Origin: Octopus bimaculoides
Taxonomy: Eukaryota
DNA length: 64,000 bases
Direction: 5' to 3'
Assembly: GCF_001194135.2 (NCBI RefSeq)
Contig: NC_068985.1
Location: forward strand, 6,574,736 to 6,638,735
Shown: positions 1-12,410 of the stretch, piece after piece
How the letters are laid out: the number at the start of each line of letters is the position of its first letter
Numbering within the stretch: position 1 is the first letter of the stretch
Notes under the pieces: model-generated
Databases searched by the model: none
Told to the model about the DNA's origin: nothing
Seen by the model: only the letters and a program-made list of their open reading frames with translations
Position numbers and translations under genes: made by a program

Positions 1-201
1 AGGTGGCAGAGCACGCCGGGCGAAATGCTTAGTGGTATTTCGTCTCTCTTTATGTTCTAAGTTCAAACTCCGCCGAAGTGGACTTTGCCTTTCACCATTT
101 CCAGGTCGATAGATTAAGTACCAGTTACGTAATGGGGTCCATCTAATCGACTGGACCCCGCCACAAAAAAATTCGAGTCTTATACCTATTGTAGAAAAGA
201 A
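1..201 (+). mobile_element. tRNA-derived SINE family A, tail type A
   Basis: Head with B-box-like AAGTTCAAACTCC, core GACTTTGCCTTTCA..GTCGATAGATTAAGTACCAGTT, tail ending GTAGAAAAGAAT; homologous copies throughout the window. Confidence 0.85.
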
Positions 202-205
202 TGTT

Positions 206-443
206 TAAGGTGGCGAGCTGACAGAAACTTTAGCACGCTGGGGCAAAATGCTTAGCGGCAATTCGTCTGCCGTTACGTTCTGAGTTCAAATGCCGCTGAG
301 GTCGAGTTTGCCTTTAATCTTTTAAGAGTCGATCAATTAAGTACCAGTTACGCACTGGAGTCGATGTAATCGACTTAATTCCTTTGTCTGTCCTCGTTTG
401 CCCCCTGTATGTTTAGCCCCTTGTGGGCAATAAACAAATAAGA
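206..443 (+). mobile_element. SINE family A, tail type B
   Basis: AAGGTGGCGAGCTGACAGAAAC head, GAGTTCAAAT B-box, tail GTCTGTCCTCGTTTG..CCCCTTGTGGGCAATAAACAAATAAGAA; matches 48750-48970. Confidence 0.88.
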
Positions 444-444
444 A

Positions 445-632
445 ACGTTAACCAGGCGAAATGCTTAGCAGTATTTCGTTTGTCTTTACATTCTCAGTTC
501 ATATTCCGCCGAGATTGACTTTGCTTTCATCCACTCGGAGTCGATAAATTAAGTACCAGTTGCGTACTGGGGTCGATCTAATCGCCTGGTCCCCTCCCCC
601 AAAAATTCGGGCTTTGTGCCTAGAGTAGAAAA
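445..632 (+). mobile_element. SINE family A, 5'-truncated, tail type A
   Basis: Same core; tail CCCCTCCCCCAAAAATTCGGGCTTTGTGCCTAGAGTAGAAAAT. Confidence 0.85.
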
Positions 633-1057
633 TAAGTATATAAATTTCTCCTTATAAATTTCACTTCAAACTTCATTCCTAAAATAAAATAAAAAAATTA
701 AGTTTTAATGTTATGTCATAGAACTTAAATTTTTTTTATTGCATGCAAACACACTTCATGCCGTTAGTCATAATTTTAGGTAATTTTGTATTTATTTATT
801 GTTTTTGTTATGTTTCAAAAATGTCGACTATGTTTCCAAAATATGATTCTGGGAGAACAAATGCCCGGCAGGTGGAATAATTACGCAAAAACGATTGAAA
901 AATAAACGGACACATTGTTTATTTTCATGTGTGCACACATACATAGACACATACACATATATATGTACATATAGGTATACAGAGTGAGGAAGAGATACAT
1001 TCATTCACTTAAACTCACATACACACATACATACACATCTGTGTATCTATGTGTGTA

Positions 1058-1236
1058 TGAGGGGGTGCTGAGAAATCCCTGCCTTTAGGGTTGTCGCGAA
1101 AGGTCTGGCTGGAGTCCAGCCCCCCCCCCGTGTTTATTTCCAGTGCATAGAAAAATCGAAGGACCGCTGCAATAATTGTGTGAATGTGAGAAAGGAATAT
1201 GTTGAATAAAATCCTGGAACTTTTAGGCACTTTTAG
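1058..1236. mobile_element. Mariner-type MITE (non-autonomous, about 180 bp)
   Basis: Left end TA|TGAGGGGGTGCTGAGAAATCCCTG; degenerate inverted right end CCTGGAACTTTTAGGCAC followed by TA; no coding capacity. Confidence 0.55.
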
Positions 1237-1244
1237 TATATATA

Positions 1245-1304
1245 TTTATGCGTGCATGCGTGCATGCGTGCATGCGTGCGCGCGCGCGCGCGTGTGTGTG
1301 TATG

Positions 1305-1335
<31 letters not shown>

Positions 1336-1345
1336 AGGTGTGTTT
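1245..1345. repeat. Compound microsatellite (TGCA)n-(CG)n-(TG)n
   Basis: Directly visible. Confidence 0.9.
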
Positions 1346-2149
1346 GAATCATGAGAGACCCAATAGATTTCAGAAATCAATACGCAAGGGTATTGTATTC
1401 TTTAATACATAACTTAAAGGCTCAATATTTCTCTACTCCGACCTTTCTGCAGGTCCTCCGAGCCTGTTTTTTCTCTTCAAGTATGTGTGGTTTGAATACA
1501 TTTGGAAATATGCTACGAGTATTGTGAAGTATAAATTGGCCCTTTCAAGCTCACATGTTCCGATTCGTTTCTAGCACTCATTGGAATACCCCAAGCGTCT
1601 CTGATGCAAGTTTACACTCGTTACTTGCCGCTTAAAATTGCATTGTTTTACACACGCAAACTCACATGCAAACACACATATGTATGCAGAGAGAAAGAGA
1701 AACAATGAGAGAGAGAGAAGAGAGTGGAAAGAGAGAGATTTAGTATTCCAGTAAAATTCTGAATATTTTGTTTTCAGCAATATCACCACGTAACCCGCAT
1801 AATTGAATAAATACCGGGCAGGTAATTTCTAATATTAAGTTATTTTGCTTAGTGACAAAAGTTAAAACTAATTCAAAATAAATCCTAAATATATCTGTGC
1901 AGATCAAATTTGCTTACAAAATATCATAATATAATATTTTATAGCCGCTGTAGCATGTTGAAAATAAAATTTAAAAGAAATTATTTATATTTATGTTAGA
2001 AATCAATACAGTCTGTTCGAAATAAATGTTTTATAATCGTATTATCTATGGTCTGAGTATTGGATATCGATAAAGAAGTTATAGCTACAGAACTTTTGAA
2101 TGCCTAGTTAGACAAACTTAAATAAACTTTGATAGACTTCGGCTAAAAT

Positions 2150-4780
2150 TTTGCAGAGGCCATAAGTTATTTTATATCACCAGGATCAAGTTTTGTAATG
2201 TCGTTTGCCATTCAAGTAGATCGTTTTTGTTCCCCGAGATGGATACAGGTATTGGTGGCTTGTCTGATATCCCTTAGTGAAATTTGTTCCGACATCTTTT
2301 GAAGGTTATGGGATCTTGTTCTGCTTTGATTTGATGTGGGATAATGTCAAATAGAACAGGGTTTCTTATGGAAAATTGTGTTAGAGTGTATTTATGAGTT
2401 ACGAGTGTGAATTATGTAAAGAGTGTATGACACGTAGCCCCATCCTTGGAGGAATTCTGAATTCGATGCAAAGATCTTTTAAGCAATGCTACTGCTATTT
2501 CTTCAATATTTTGTAAATAATACAGACGTTCACAGTAGTGCTGGCGAAAATAAAATTTCAATGTTTTAAGGCGGTTCCAATACACAATGTCAGTGATCCC
2601 TTTTATTTTACAAGTGATTTTTCGAATAATGGAAATACCAGTATTCTAGGTTTCGCGTTACAAAGAAGGAGAAAATAGAAATGATGACAGATTGCTCTCT
2701 AGACCGGAAAGTTCTGCGGATCCTGGATTCATCCTGCGTGTCATTTCGACTTTATTGTGGATGCGAGAACTCCGGCCGGTATTGTTGTTAAGAATCACTC
2801 TCAGTCGCGGATATATTGAATGCTGTGAGTAGTTCAACTGAAGGAAGTGAATAAGGTAGTTTGAGGGCATTTTCTGTTCCAAAGTGCCCGAGTTCAAATT
2901 GTCACTCATTTAACCATACGTTCATTTTATCCGCCCAAAGGCTTAGAGCATGCAAATCAGATTCGAAATTAATTTGGTATTCTTCTCCATTTATAATATT
3001 TCAAGCTTAGGGTCATCTACGAATATTTTTATTGGGCTCTGATTGATGACGCTTAACTCCATTTATGTAGACGATAAAGAAAAGCGGTTCTACAACAATC
3101 CCTTGGAGAAGATATGTGGTGATTTTTGTTGGTCTTGAGTCGATTTCATTTACCACAACATATTGGACGTTTGTTCATCGGAAAATACTTAATCCAGTGT
3201 AGTTTACCACGGGTTCCACTATTGGAAAATTTTGACAGGACGATGCTGTGGTCGACTTTGCTAAAATCAAGATATACAAATCATAGTTCGAACCTCTTTT
3301 CAAATCTTTAACGATATAATTGATGTGATATAAAAGCTTTGATAGGCAGTCTCTACCACTGCAAAGGCCATACTAACTGGAATGTAGATTATAGCTGTCC
3401 AGGAAGCCAATTATCCACTCTTTCAAATACATTCAAGATATGGGAGGTCAGCGAGATTGGGTAATAATTAACTACAAGAGACCTGAAAGATTGGGATAAG
3501 AATATCCCAGGTGAATAGCCTGATCAAGATATGGGAGGTCAGCGAGATTGGGTAATAATTAACTACAAGAGACCTGAAAGATTGGGATAAGAATATCCCA
3601 GGTGAATAGCCTGATCAAGATATGGGNNNNNNNNNNNNNNNNNNNNNNNNNNNNNNNNNNNNNNNNNNNNNNNNNNNNNNNNNNNNNNNNNNNNNNNNNN
3701 NNNNNNNNNNNNNNNNNNNNNNNNNNNNNNNNNNNNNNNNNNNNNNNNNNNNNNNNNNNNNNNNNNNNNNNNNNNNNNNNNNNNNNNNNNNNNNNNNNNN
3801 NNNNNNNNNNNNNNNNNNNNNNNNNNNNNNNNNNNNNNNNNNNNNNNNNNNNNNNNNNNNNNNNNNNNNNNNNNNNNNNNNNNNNNNNNNNNNNNNNNNN
3901 NNNNNNNNNNNNNNNNNNNNNNNNNNNNNNNNNNNNNNNNNNNNNNNNNNNNNNNNNNNNNNNNNNNNNNNNNNNNNNNNNNNNNNNNNNNNNNNNNNNN
4001 NNNNNNNNNNNNNNNNNNNNNNNNNNNNNNNNNNNNNNNNNNNNNNNNNNNNNNNNNNNNNNNNNNNNNNNNNNNNNNNNNNNNNNNNNNNNNNNNNNNN
4101 NNNNNNNNNNNNNNNNNNNNNNNNNNNNNNNNNNNNNNNNNNNNNNNNNNNNNNNNNNNNNNNNNNNNNNNNNNNNNNNNNNNNNNNNNNNNNNNNNNNN
4201 NNNNNNNNNNNNNNNNNNNNNNNNNNNNNNNNNNNNNNNNNNNNNNNNNNNNNNNNNNNNNNNNNNNNNNNNNNNNNNNNNNNNNNNNNNNNNNNNNNNN
4301 NNNNNNNNNNNNNNNNNNNNNNNNNNNNNNNNNNNNNNNNNNNNNNNNNNNNNNNNNNNNNNNNNNNNNNNNNNNNNNNNNNNNNNNNNNNNNNNNNNNN
4401 NNNNNNNNNNNNNNNNNNNNNNNNNNNNNNNNNNNNNAGAATATCCCAGGTGAATAGCCTGATCAAGATATGGGAGGTCAGCGAGATTGGGTAATAATTA
4501 ACTACAAGAGACCTGAAAGATTGGGATGAGAATATCCCAGGTGAATAGCCTGATCAAGATATGGGAGGTCAGCGAGATTGGGTAATAATTAACTACAAGA
4601 GACCTAAAAGATTGGGATGAGAATATCCCAGGTGAATAGCCTGATTGTAAAGAATTCTTCGAGTGGTTGGCTTGAGGGTATGCAAGTTGATGTTTGAATT
4701 TCTTTCGGGTGGGTAGCAGGGAATCTATCAACGCATACCACAGAATAATGCTTGTATGACCGAATTTCAATAACCGAAAC
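2150..4780 (-). mobile_element. Degenerate CR1-like LINE ORF2 (reverse transcriptase), interrupted by an internal 91-bp tandem array
   Basis: Minus-strand translation gives KHQLAYPQANHSKNSLQSG, NYYPISLTSHI, SGRDCLSKLL, VYLDFSKVDHSIV, QGIVVEPLFFIVYIN, IFVDDPKL and YWNRLKTLK in canonical CR1 RT order, with stops and frameshifts. Confidence 0.85.
3433..4645. repeat. 91-bp minisatellite (array spans N-gap 3627-4437)
   Basis: TCAAGATATGGGAGG starts at 3433, 3524, 3615, 4463 and 4554 (period 91); units nearly identical, no spacers. Confidence 0.95.
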
Positions 4781-5902
4781 CAGGGTCTCTCAACCAATTT
4801 TTCCTATGGACCCATTTGAATCCTATTTTACTCAGTTGGGTCCTCTTAGCTATTCGTCGTTTAGAAAAGCAGTATTATATTTTATGATTAAATACTATTA
4901 AGAATTATATTAAATAATTGTAAAAATATCGTGTATTGCAGAAGTATTGGGTCATCCCATAAATAATGCGTTTTTTTTCAATTGCATGAAACAAGATTTG
5001 GAGGGGGACGGGATAAACTAGCTGTATCAACCTGCTATAAAATCACGTACGAAGTTTACCTTGTAGTTATTCTTAGTGCAAATTTTGAAGAGTACAGTTC
5101 GATTTTAACAGTTATTTGTTCAAAGCTATAATGGAAGTGACATAGGGACATATTCGTCAAAGCAAGGCAACGGAAACTGCGAGGAATATTAATGCAGTAT
5201 ATGGGGATCGGACAATAAGTTTAAACCAATGGTTACAGAAATTCCGAGCCGGAAACTACAGTCTAGAACACGGGTCTCATCCTGGAAGATCTGTAGAGCT
5301 CGACTAGTACTTCCTGCAAACTTTGCTGGAACAAAGTCTAATGGTAGATGTTGAGGAACAAGCAGAGAATCTTGTATTTGGTCATTCAGCCATTCATGGA
5401 CACCAGCGCTAGAACAAAAATGGCCATCTTTGATTACAAGACGAACAGTGTTCTTCCATCAGGATAGAGGATGAGATTCCAAAGGCTGGAGGAGTTTCAA
5501 TGAGAAACGATGCCCCACCTACCATATTCGTCGGACATTGCTCCAGCTGATTATCATTTATTCCGCAGTCTTCAAAATCATTTGAACGGAAAGAATATAA
5601 ATTATGTAGACAAGGTCAGAACAGTACTGGTAGAGTATTTTTCGTCACGGACAAGCGAATTTTAGAAGAGGGACCTTGCAAGTCTACCAATAAATGGAAG
5701 GGCATCGTTGAAAATGAAGGCGAGTATATTTTAAATGAAAAAAAGAATTTGTTTATTCTAATTTTGAAAAATAAAAGAAGTATAAAAAAACGCCTTTTTT
5801 AAGGGATGACCCCAATATAACCAGTTTATTGAAGATAAATTTTAACGACAAAACATTGTATGGGTCCCCAAAAGCCACATGGAGTCCAGTTCAGAACTAC
5901 TG
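4781..5902. mobile_element. hAT-like MITE split by a mariner insertion
   Basis: Left end CAGGGTCTCTCAACC; right end GTTCAGAACTACTG (reverse complement CAGTAGTTCTGAAC); 8-bp flanks ACCGAAAC and TTCTAAAC share 5 of 8 bases (degraded TSD). Confidence 0.5.
4947..5815 (+). mobile_element. Internally deleted mariner (DD34D-type) transposon with both TIRs
   Basis: TA|TTGGGTCATCCCATAAA...TAAGGGATGACCCCAA|TA; remnants ATETARNINAVYG, QWLQKFRAGN and HLPYSSDIAPADYHLFRSLQNHL (YSPDLAPSD motif). Confidence 0.9.
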
Positions 5903-6672
5903 TTCTAAACACTGATATGATATAAATGTGTTTCCGCTCTAGTAAACGGTAAATTTGTGTGTCTTGCATTTGAGAATTTAAGAATTAATAAATCTAATAA
6001 TTTAAGAAAATTAACTCCGTAACCAGAATGTGTTTTCCCGACTGGAATAAATCGATGCTTTATAGCAACCAATAATTGCATATTCGAACATGACTTTAAC
6101 TTTTGTCATATAAAATACATATAATTTGCTGTTGGAATGAGATACATTCAGCAGATATTGAAAGAATGCTCAACTAATACATTTCATTGCTGAACTCAGA
6201 TATCATTCCAATATTACAATGATGATGTAGTTTCTCCTAATGTTATGACATAGTAATTGAACCTATGATATAATCATATTTCCGAATAATAACGTGGAAG
6301 TAAGAACGTGCACTTGTCCTGCACAAATTTATATGATATTTAATAAGCTAACCTGAGGGTAATTTAATGTAATAAAAAGCTCGTGATATGAATACCTATA
6401 CATGTGAAGACAGTAATTATTTAGTGTGTATTATTTAATTTTGTTAAAACGTAGTAAATAAGACTGTATATGACATTCTGAATTGAAGTTCATAAAGTAA
6501 GAAACGTGGATAGCAAATGTTATGTAGGAGTACGCAATATGCATATTTAGATATTCAGACGTTTGACGTCTTGAAGCACAAAGTGAGTTGAGATGATTCA
6601 ATGCAAAAAAATAAAACGACTTCGACAAAGTGGAAAGATTATTTATGATAATTGTTCCAATATCTCTGCAAG

Positions 6673-6711
<39 letters not shown>

Positions 6712-7689
6712 NNNNNNNNNNNNNNNNNNNNNNNNNNNNNNNNNNNNNNNNNNNNNNNNNNNNNNNNNNNNNNNNNNNNNNNNNNNNNNNNNNNNNNNNN
6801 NNNNNNNNNNNNNNNNNNNNNNNNNNNNNNNNNNNNNNNNNNNNNNNNNNNNNNNNNNNNNNNNNNNNNNNNNNNNNNNNNNNNNNNNNNNNNNNNNNNN
6901 NNNNNNNNNNNNNNNNNNNNNNNNNNNNNNNNNNNNNNNNNNNNNNNNNNNNNNNNNNNNNNNNNNNNNNNNNNNNNNNNNNNNNNNNNNNNNNNNNNNN
7001 NNNNNNNNNNNNNNNNNNNNNNNNNNNNNNNNNNNNNNNNNNNNNNNNNNNNNNNNNNNNNNNNNNNNNNNNNNNNNNNNNNNNNNNNNNNNNNNNNNNN
7101 NNNNNNNNNNNNNNNNNNNNNNNNNNNNNNNNNNNNNNNNNNNNNNNNNNNNNNNNNNNNNNNNNNNNNNNNNNNNNNNNNNNNNNNNNNNNNNNNNNNN
7201 NNNNNNNNNNNNNNNNNNNNNNNNNNNNNNNNNNNNNNNNNNNNNNNNNNNNNNNNNNNNNNNNNNNNNNNNNNNNNNNNNNNNNNNNNNNNNNNNNNNN
7301 NNNNNNNNNNNNNNNNNNNNNNNNNNNNNNNNNNNNNNNNNNNNNNNNNNNNNNNNNNNNNNNNNNNNNNNNNNNNNNNNNNNNNNNNNNNNNNNNNNNN
7401 NNNNNNNNNNNNNNNNNNNNNNNNNNNNNNNNNNNNNNNNNNNNNNNNNNNNNNNNNNNNNNNNNNNNNNNNNNNNNNNNNNNNNNNNNNNNNNNNNNNN
7501 NNNNNNNNNNNNNNNNNNNNNNNNNNNNNNNNNNNNNNNNNNNNNNNNNNNNNNNNNNNNNNNNNNNNNNNNNNNNNNNNNNNNNNNNNNNNNNNNNNNN
7601 NNNNNNNNNNNNNNNNNNNNNNNNNNNNNNNNNNNNNNNNNNNNNNNNNNNNNNNCGTATATACGCTTATATATATATATATATGCATA

Positions 7690-7822
7690 TGTGGGCACAG
7701 GACGTCACGAAACATGCGCAACAAAAACTTCGAAGCACGAGTACATGGAACATGAAATATTCTTTCGAACAATGAAAGACACAAATGGAAAACAAAAGAA
7801 ATAACATAAAGAACGACACATA
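7690..7822. repeat. Dispersed repeat family E starting (A/G)TGGG(C/T)ACA after TA/CATA microsatellite; possibly a Penelope-like terminal repeat
   Basis: Similar to 22626-22920 and 26770-26940. Confidence 0.5.
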
Positions 7823-7916
7823 TTGATATATAATAGATATACATATATGTGCGTGTGTGTGTGTGTGTGTGTGTGTGCGTGTATGCGTGCGTGCGTGTGT
7901 GTGTCTGTGTGTGCAT

Positions 7917-8236
7917 TATCTCTTATTTGTTTCCTTCACTAGACTGCAGCCATGCTGCGGCATTAGCTTGAAGACTGTTCAATCGAACGAATCTACCCCT
8001 GTCCTTGTGTGTTTTTTAAACCTGGTACTTATTGTATAGATCTCTTATTCCGAAACTTTGAGTTACGGGGACGTAAACACACTAACACTGGTTTCTAGCG
8101 TTGGTGAGTAACACACACAGACACAACGTCACGCATAGACATTTTCACCTGGAGGATATATTTGAAGCTACTTGATCAATGGAGCAGTGGAACTGAACCC
8201 GGAACCATGTGGTTGTGATACAAGCTTTTTACCACT
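7917..8236 (-). mobile_element. SINE family B (bipartite), degraded
   Basis: 3' module TACGGGGACGTAAACAC and head remnant GGAACTGAACCCGGAACCATGTGGTTG in reverse orientation relative to 54066-54486. Confidence 0.75.
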
Positions 8237-10847
8237 CTGTAAATATGTATACATTAATATGCCCATAATTATGAATATGTGGTTGGTTTAATTTACGTGC
8301 CGGATTTATTTAAAACTTAGATATACATGTTTCTGGTTCACACATATGAATATAATCATATATTTGGTAAGTTGCTGTTATACACAGCATCATTGGAAAT
8401 ATTGATGTTCTCTTAACCATAACGAGTATAATTTCGTTAACATTCACCGATACACAGATTACATAATATTTACTTGTAAATCCTCTGGAAGTATTCTTAA
8501 TACATGTCTCTTTAACACTGATTAAATTCCAACGATATTCGGAGATCACTTCTTTTCAGTTAATGTATATACAGGATTATATTGTTGTGCGTGATTGCAA
8601 AGTTAATTTGCAAATTATATAGATGTGCAATAATGTTGGCGTCTCCTTACTTGTGATTTCTATAATCTACATCTTACACGAATATTATTTATATGTATTT
8701 AGACTAAACACTATAACTCTTTCTTAAAATGAATAAACAACGAAAATCGTATGGATTTATACCTCGAAATGGATACTTATTTTCTTCATGGTAAAGCGGC
8801 TTATGTCTTTGGAATAAAATTCACACTCAACATAAAAGTGCTATTAACAATATATTAATACATTAGCATTAGTTACAATGATATGTATTAGCAAGAGCTA
8901 AAAGAGGGACACGGTCAGGTGATTATGTGATGGGAGAGGTGAAGAGCTTGAGGGCTAGAGAGAATAGTATAAGAGATGAGAACCTGGAGATAGGTATTGC
9001 AACGGTTTTGTGTAGGATAGGTAAAAGAAGAGGCAAAATGAGATGAAAATAGCATGTGTTTTCTGAAGCGGGGTTGACATCCGTGTAGTTGTGTATCTCT
9101 ATTGATAATTACATGTACGCATAGAAGATAGAATGTTTGATGACTAAATATGTCGATTGCTAGTTAAATGAAAGTGAAATACCCCTAAACAGCAAATAGC
9201 TTTGGATATTGTCATTTGATTCTACCAGGTATCCCTGCAGAAAAACTGTAGACACACTGTGTCTCTGAAATTATTTAGGGTATTAATTACTTTGTACCGA
9301 GTCTAGATGCCTATCCGTATTGTGAGAGTTAATAGATACATACGTGAACAGAAAGGAAAGAAGATATGATAGACAGAAAAATATTCAGACAAGTAGGTAC
9401 GTAGGTAGGTAGGTAGGTACGTAGGTATTTAGGTAGGTAGGTAGGGAGGGAGGGAGGGAGGGAATTAGGTAAGTATTTAGATTGATCTATAGACACCACA
9501 GTATACAGATAGAAAAATAGATATATCTCATAGGTTTTCGAATAAATGTATTAAGATTTGTTAAAAACATTACCAACGTATACTAGCAGAATAATATTTC
9601 GGATAATGTTTTCGATTTTGTAAGGTTTGTTTACTTCTTGACGTAAAATGAAAAATAATCGATAACAACTCACAAAGTAGGAAATGTGACAATATATCTT
9701 TCAGAGATGTTGTTCCTTGCGATTGCACCATCAATACGGCCTATGTGAACTTTTACACCAACTCAAGATTGAAATGCTTCACAAAAGCATACAGTTCCGC
9801 CTAAAAATTTTCAGAACTACCATGGAATTACCACGAGAACTGCTAGAATTTAAAAGTATTATAATTATTGTTGTTGCTTGGTTGTTGTTATTAATTTTAA
9901 GACGAGAACTGTAGTGTACCTTGGAGGGTTTTTCTATGATTCTTTAAATTATGTTTTCAGATATATCAAAAATCGATTTCAGGTTTCTTCTCCTGGGGCT
10001 AATGTAAAACTGTATACATTTTAATGTGTATCAAGTCGAATATATACTTACGTCATACTTGTGCGCAGAAGTCTCTATGGGAATTATATGCATCATATTT
10101 ATGATATAAGGACATACAATGAATTCGTAAATGAAATATAAATGAAAAATGTCAGAATATCTGCAACCAGAACATGCCGCTCCAATGCGCAAGCCTTTTC
10201 ATTCTCATTGTCACCACAGAGAAAACTAGCAGTTGCTTTGTTCAAACGTGCATGTCTTCATTCTCTAAACCATTAGTGTTTACCAAAGATAAAAAATAAA
10301 ATCTACTAAAGCTTTGCGCCAGTGACCATGTTAGAGAAGTTTACATGAGAATGCAGAGAACCGTAGTAGTTACAGCTTCTGTATTTCCGGCAATCCATCA
10401 CACTTGGGTGATAGTACATCACCATCTATTCAAACGATGAAACGTTGATTTGAAGTAGATATGATCTGAAGTTCGATGACAAAGGAACAATTCGCGCAAG
10501 GCTGTAACAACCATGTTATCTTAGCGATATATGGACGCCTAAACCAAAAAGTCGGTGATGTGATTTTTAATAAGAGATCATATCTAGTCTGTGTTTTCAT
10601 AATGCAACAAATATTGAGCGGAGGGGGTTTTCTGATTATTTAAAATCATAGAAACCAACTAAATATATTTTGCATTTGTTTCTGAATGTTTCAAAAATGT
10701 TGTCTGACAAATGAACCTAACCACTTAAGTTGTCCCATCCAGTATAACAGTTTTGTGTGTATTTAATAGTTAGCTAATGTAGTAACTGTAATATATTTCA
10801 GGATACCAAATAAAAAAGTGAGAAATACATAAATGAGCTCCTTAACA

Positions 10848-11810
10848 TATTAGGTCTGATCAATAAGAAACTGGACTGTTGCCATAGCAACAAAGCTAAA
10901 GCACGCGGAGTAAAACCGCCGGTCACAGATGGACCTTGACCTCTACTGTGTATGTGCACTAAGTGTTAACCTTCTAGCTCACTTCTGATGTTTACAGCAT
11001 TGCTTGGAAGGAAGGTGTGTAGTGTGTGATCGTCGCATTCGCCATGACAGAGAGAGTGNNNNNNNNNNTTACAGCATTGCTTGGAAGGAAGGTGTGTAGT
11101 GTGTGATCGTCGCATTCGCCATGACAGAGAGAGTGAGAGAGAGTCGTCATGGTGATACCTGCTCAGAAACATACGCAAAGTTAGAGAAAGTGTAAGGAGA
11201 GGAGTGTATGAGCCACACACAAGTGTATGAGTGGTTCAGACGTTTCCAAGATAGCTGAAAAAATGTCCATTTTGACGAACGTTCTGGGAGACCCACAACC
11301 AGCAGGATTGAGAAAAAACATTGCAGATGTGCGTGCAGTTGTGGAAGGAGAAACCGTTGAATCACCATCCGTGAGCTATCAGAGGATGTGCAGATTAGTT
11401 ACGATTCAGTTCAGTCCATTATCATTGAAGACTTGGTTATGAGACACAATTCTGCCAAGTTTGCACCAAAACTGCTTTCAGCTGACCAAAAAGACACTCG
11501 GGTTTCTGTTGCACAATGTTTCCCTGATTGTGTCGAGAACGATGAAAACGATGAAAACGTCCTGAAAACTTTGCGTACGACTCTAAGCAGGTATCTGATG
11601 CACATTCACTGCTCAACTCCTACTGTCATATTCAATGCGACGATCACACGCTACACACCTTCCATCCCAGCACTGCTGTAAACAGGGGGAGTGAGCTAGT
11701 ACGTTAAAACTGAGTGCGCATGCACAGCAAAGTTCAAGGTCAATCTATGCCAAGCAGCCGTGGCTTCGTTATTATGGGAACAGTCCGGATACTTATTGAT
11801 CAAACTACGT
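10848..11810 (+). mobile_element. Internally deleted mariner transposon with TIRs
   Basis: Left TGATCAATAAGAAACTGGACTGTT versus right AACAGTCCGGATACTTATTGATCAAA; N-terminal transposase VYEWFRRFQD, ERSGRPTTSR, SYDSVQSIIIEDLVMRHNSAKFAPKLL. Confidence 0.88.
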
Positions 11811-12116
11811 TCAATAAATAAAATGCAAATATATTTTAACACCAGTGTCTGAATATAAATATCTTTCCTGTAGTTTTCAAAACATCATGCTGGATATGTA
11901 CAAATAGAAAATGTTTCCATACATTACATTTCACAATCCGGAATGTAAGCAGGTGGATGACATTGGAGAAGACCACTAATCTGTGGTGAAACTAGCAAAT
12001 ACTTTTGAACAAAAAAACAAGTGGATATATTCAATGCTTCAGGCTGGTGACTTCCGGCATTCAGTCTTTGTTATTACATGTAACATGTCGAAAGATGATT
12101 TAATATGATTACCTAA

Positions 12117-12410
12117 GGCGCAGGAGTGGCTGTGTAGTAAGTAGCTTATTTACCAACAACATGGTTCGCGTTCAGTCCTACTGCGTGGCACCCTGTGAGT
12201 GGATTTGGTAGACGGAAACTGGAAGAAGCCTGTCATATAAATATGAGGTTGCGTTTCTGTGTTTGTCTCCCTCCTCCATCGCTTGACAACCGATGTTGGT
12301 ATGTTTAGGTACCTTTAACTTAGCGGTTCGGTAAAGGAAACCGAGGGAATAAGTACAAGTGTTACAAAGAGTAAGTCCTGGGGCCGCTTTGTTCAACTGA
12401 AACAAGTATA
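12117..12410 (+). mobile_element. SINE family B
   Basis: AGGCGCAGGAGTGGCTGTGTAGTAAGTAGCTT head; GTGAGTGGATTTGGTAGACGGAAACT; 3' module TAACTTAGCGGTTCGG. Confidence 0.85.

Noticed and set aside
3602-4494. Long ORFs of 150-425 aa in the track (also near 6.6-7.9, 12.7, 20.4, 26.4, 28.2, 41.0, 55.5 and 62.6 kb)
   Set aside because: They consist mostly of X from N-gaps plus microsatellite-derived dipeptides (YI, HT, CV, SL).
3433-4645. CRISPR-like array
   Set aside because: Units are contiguous with no unique spacers, there are no cas genes, and the unit derives from LINE RT sequence.
10992-11135. 67-bp direct duplication inside the mariner
   Set aside because: The two copies flank a 10-N gap exactly, which is typical of an unmerged contig overlap; the same pattern occurs at 47780.
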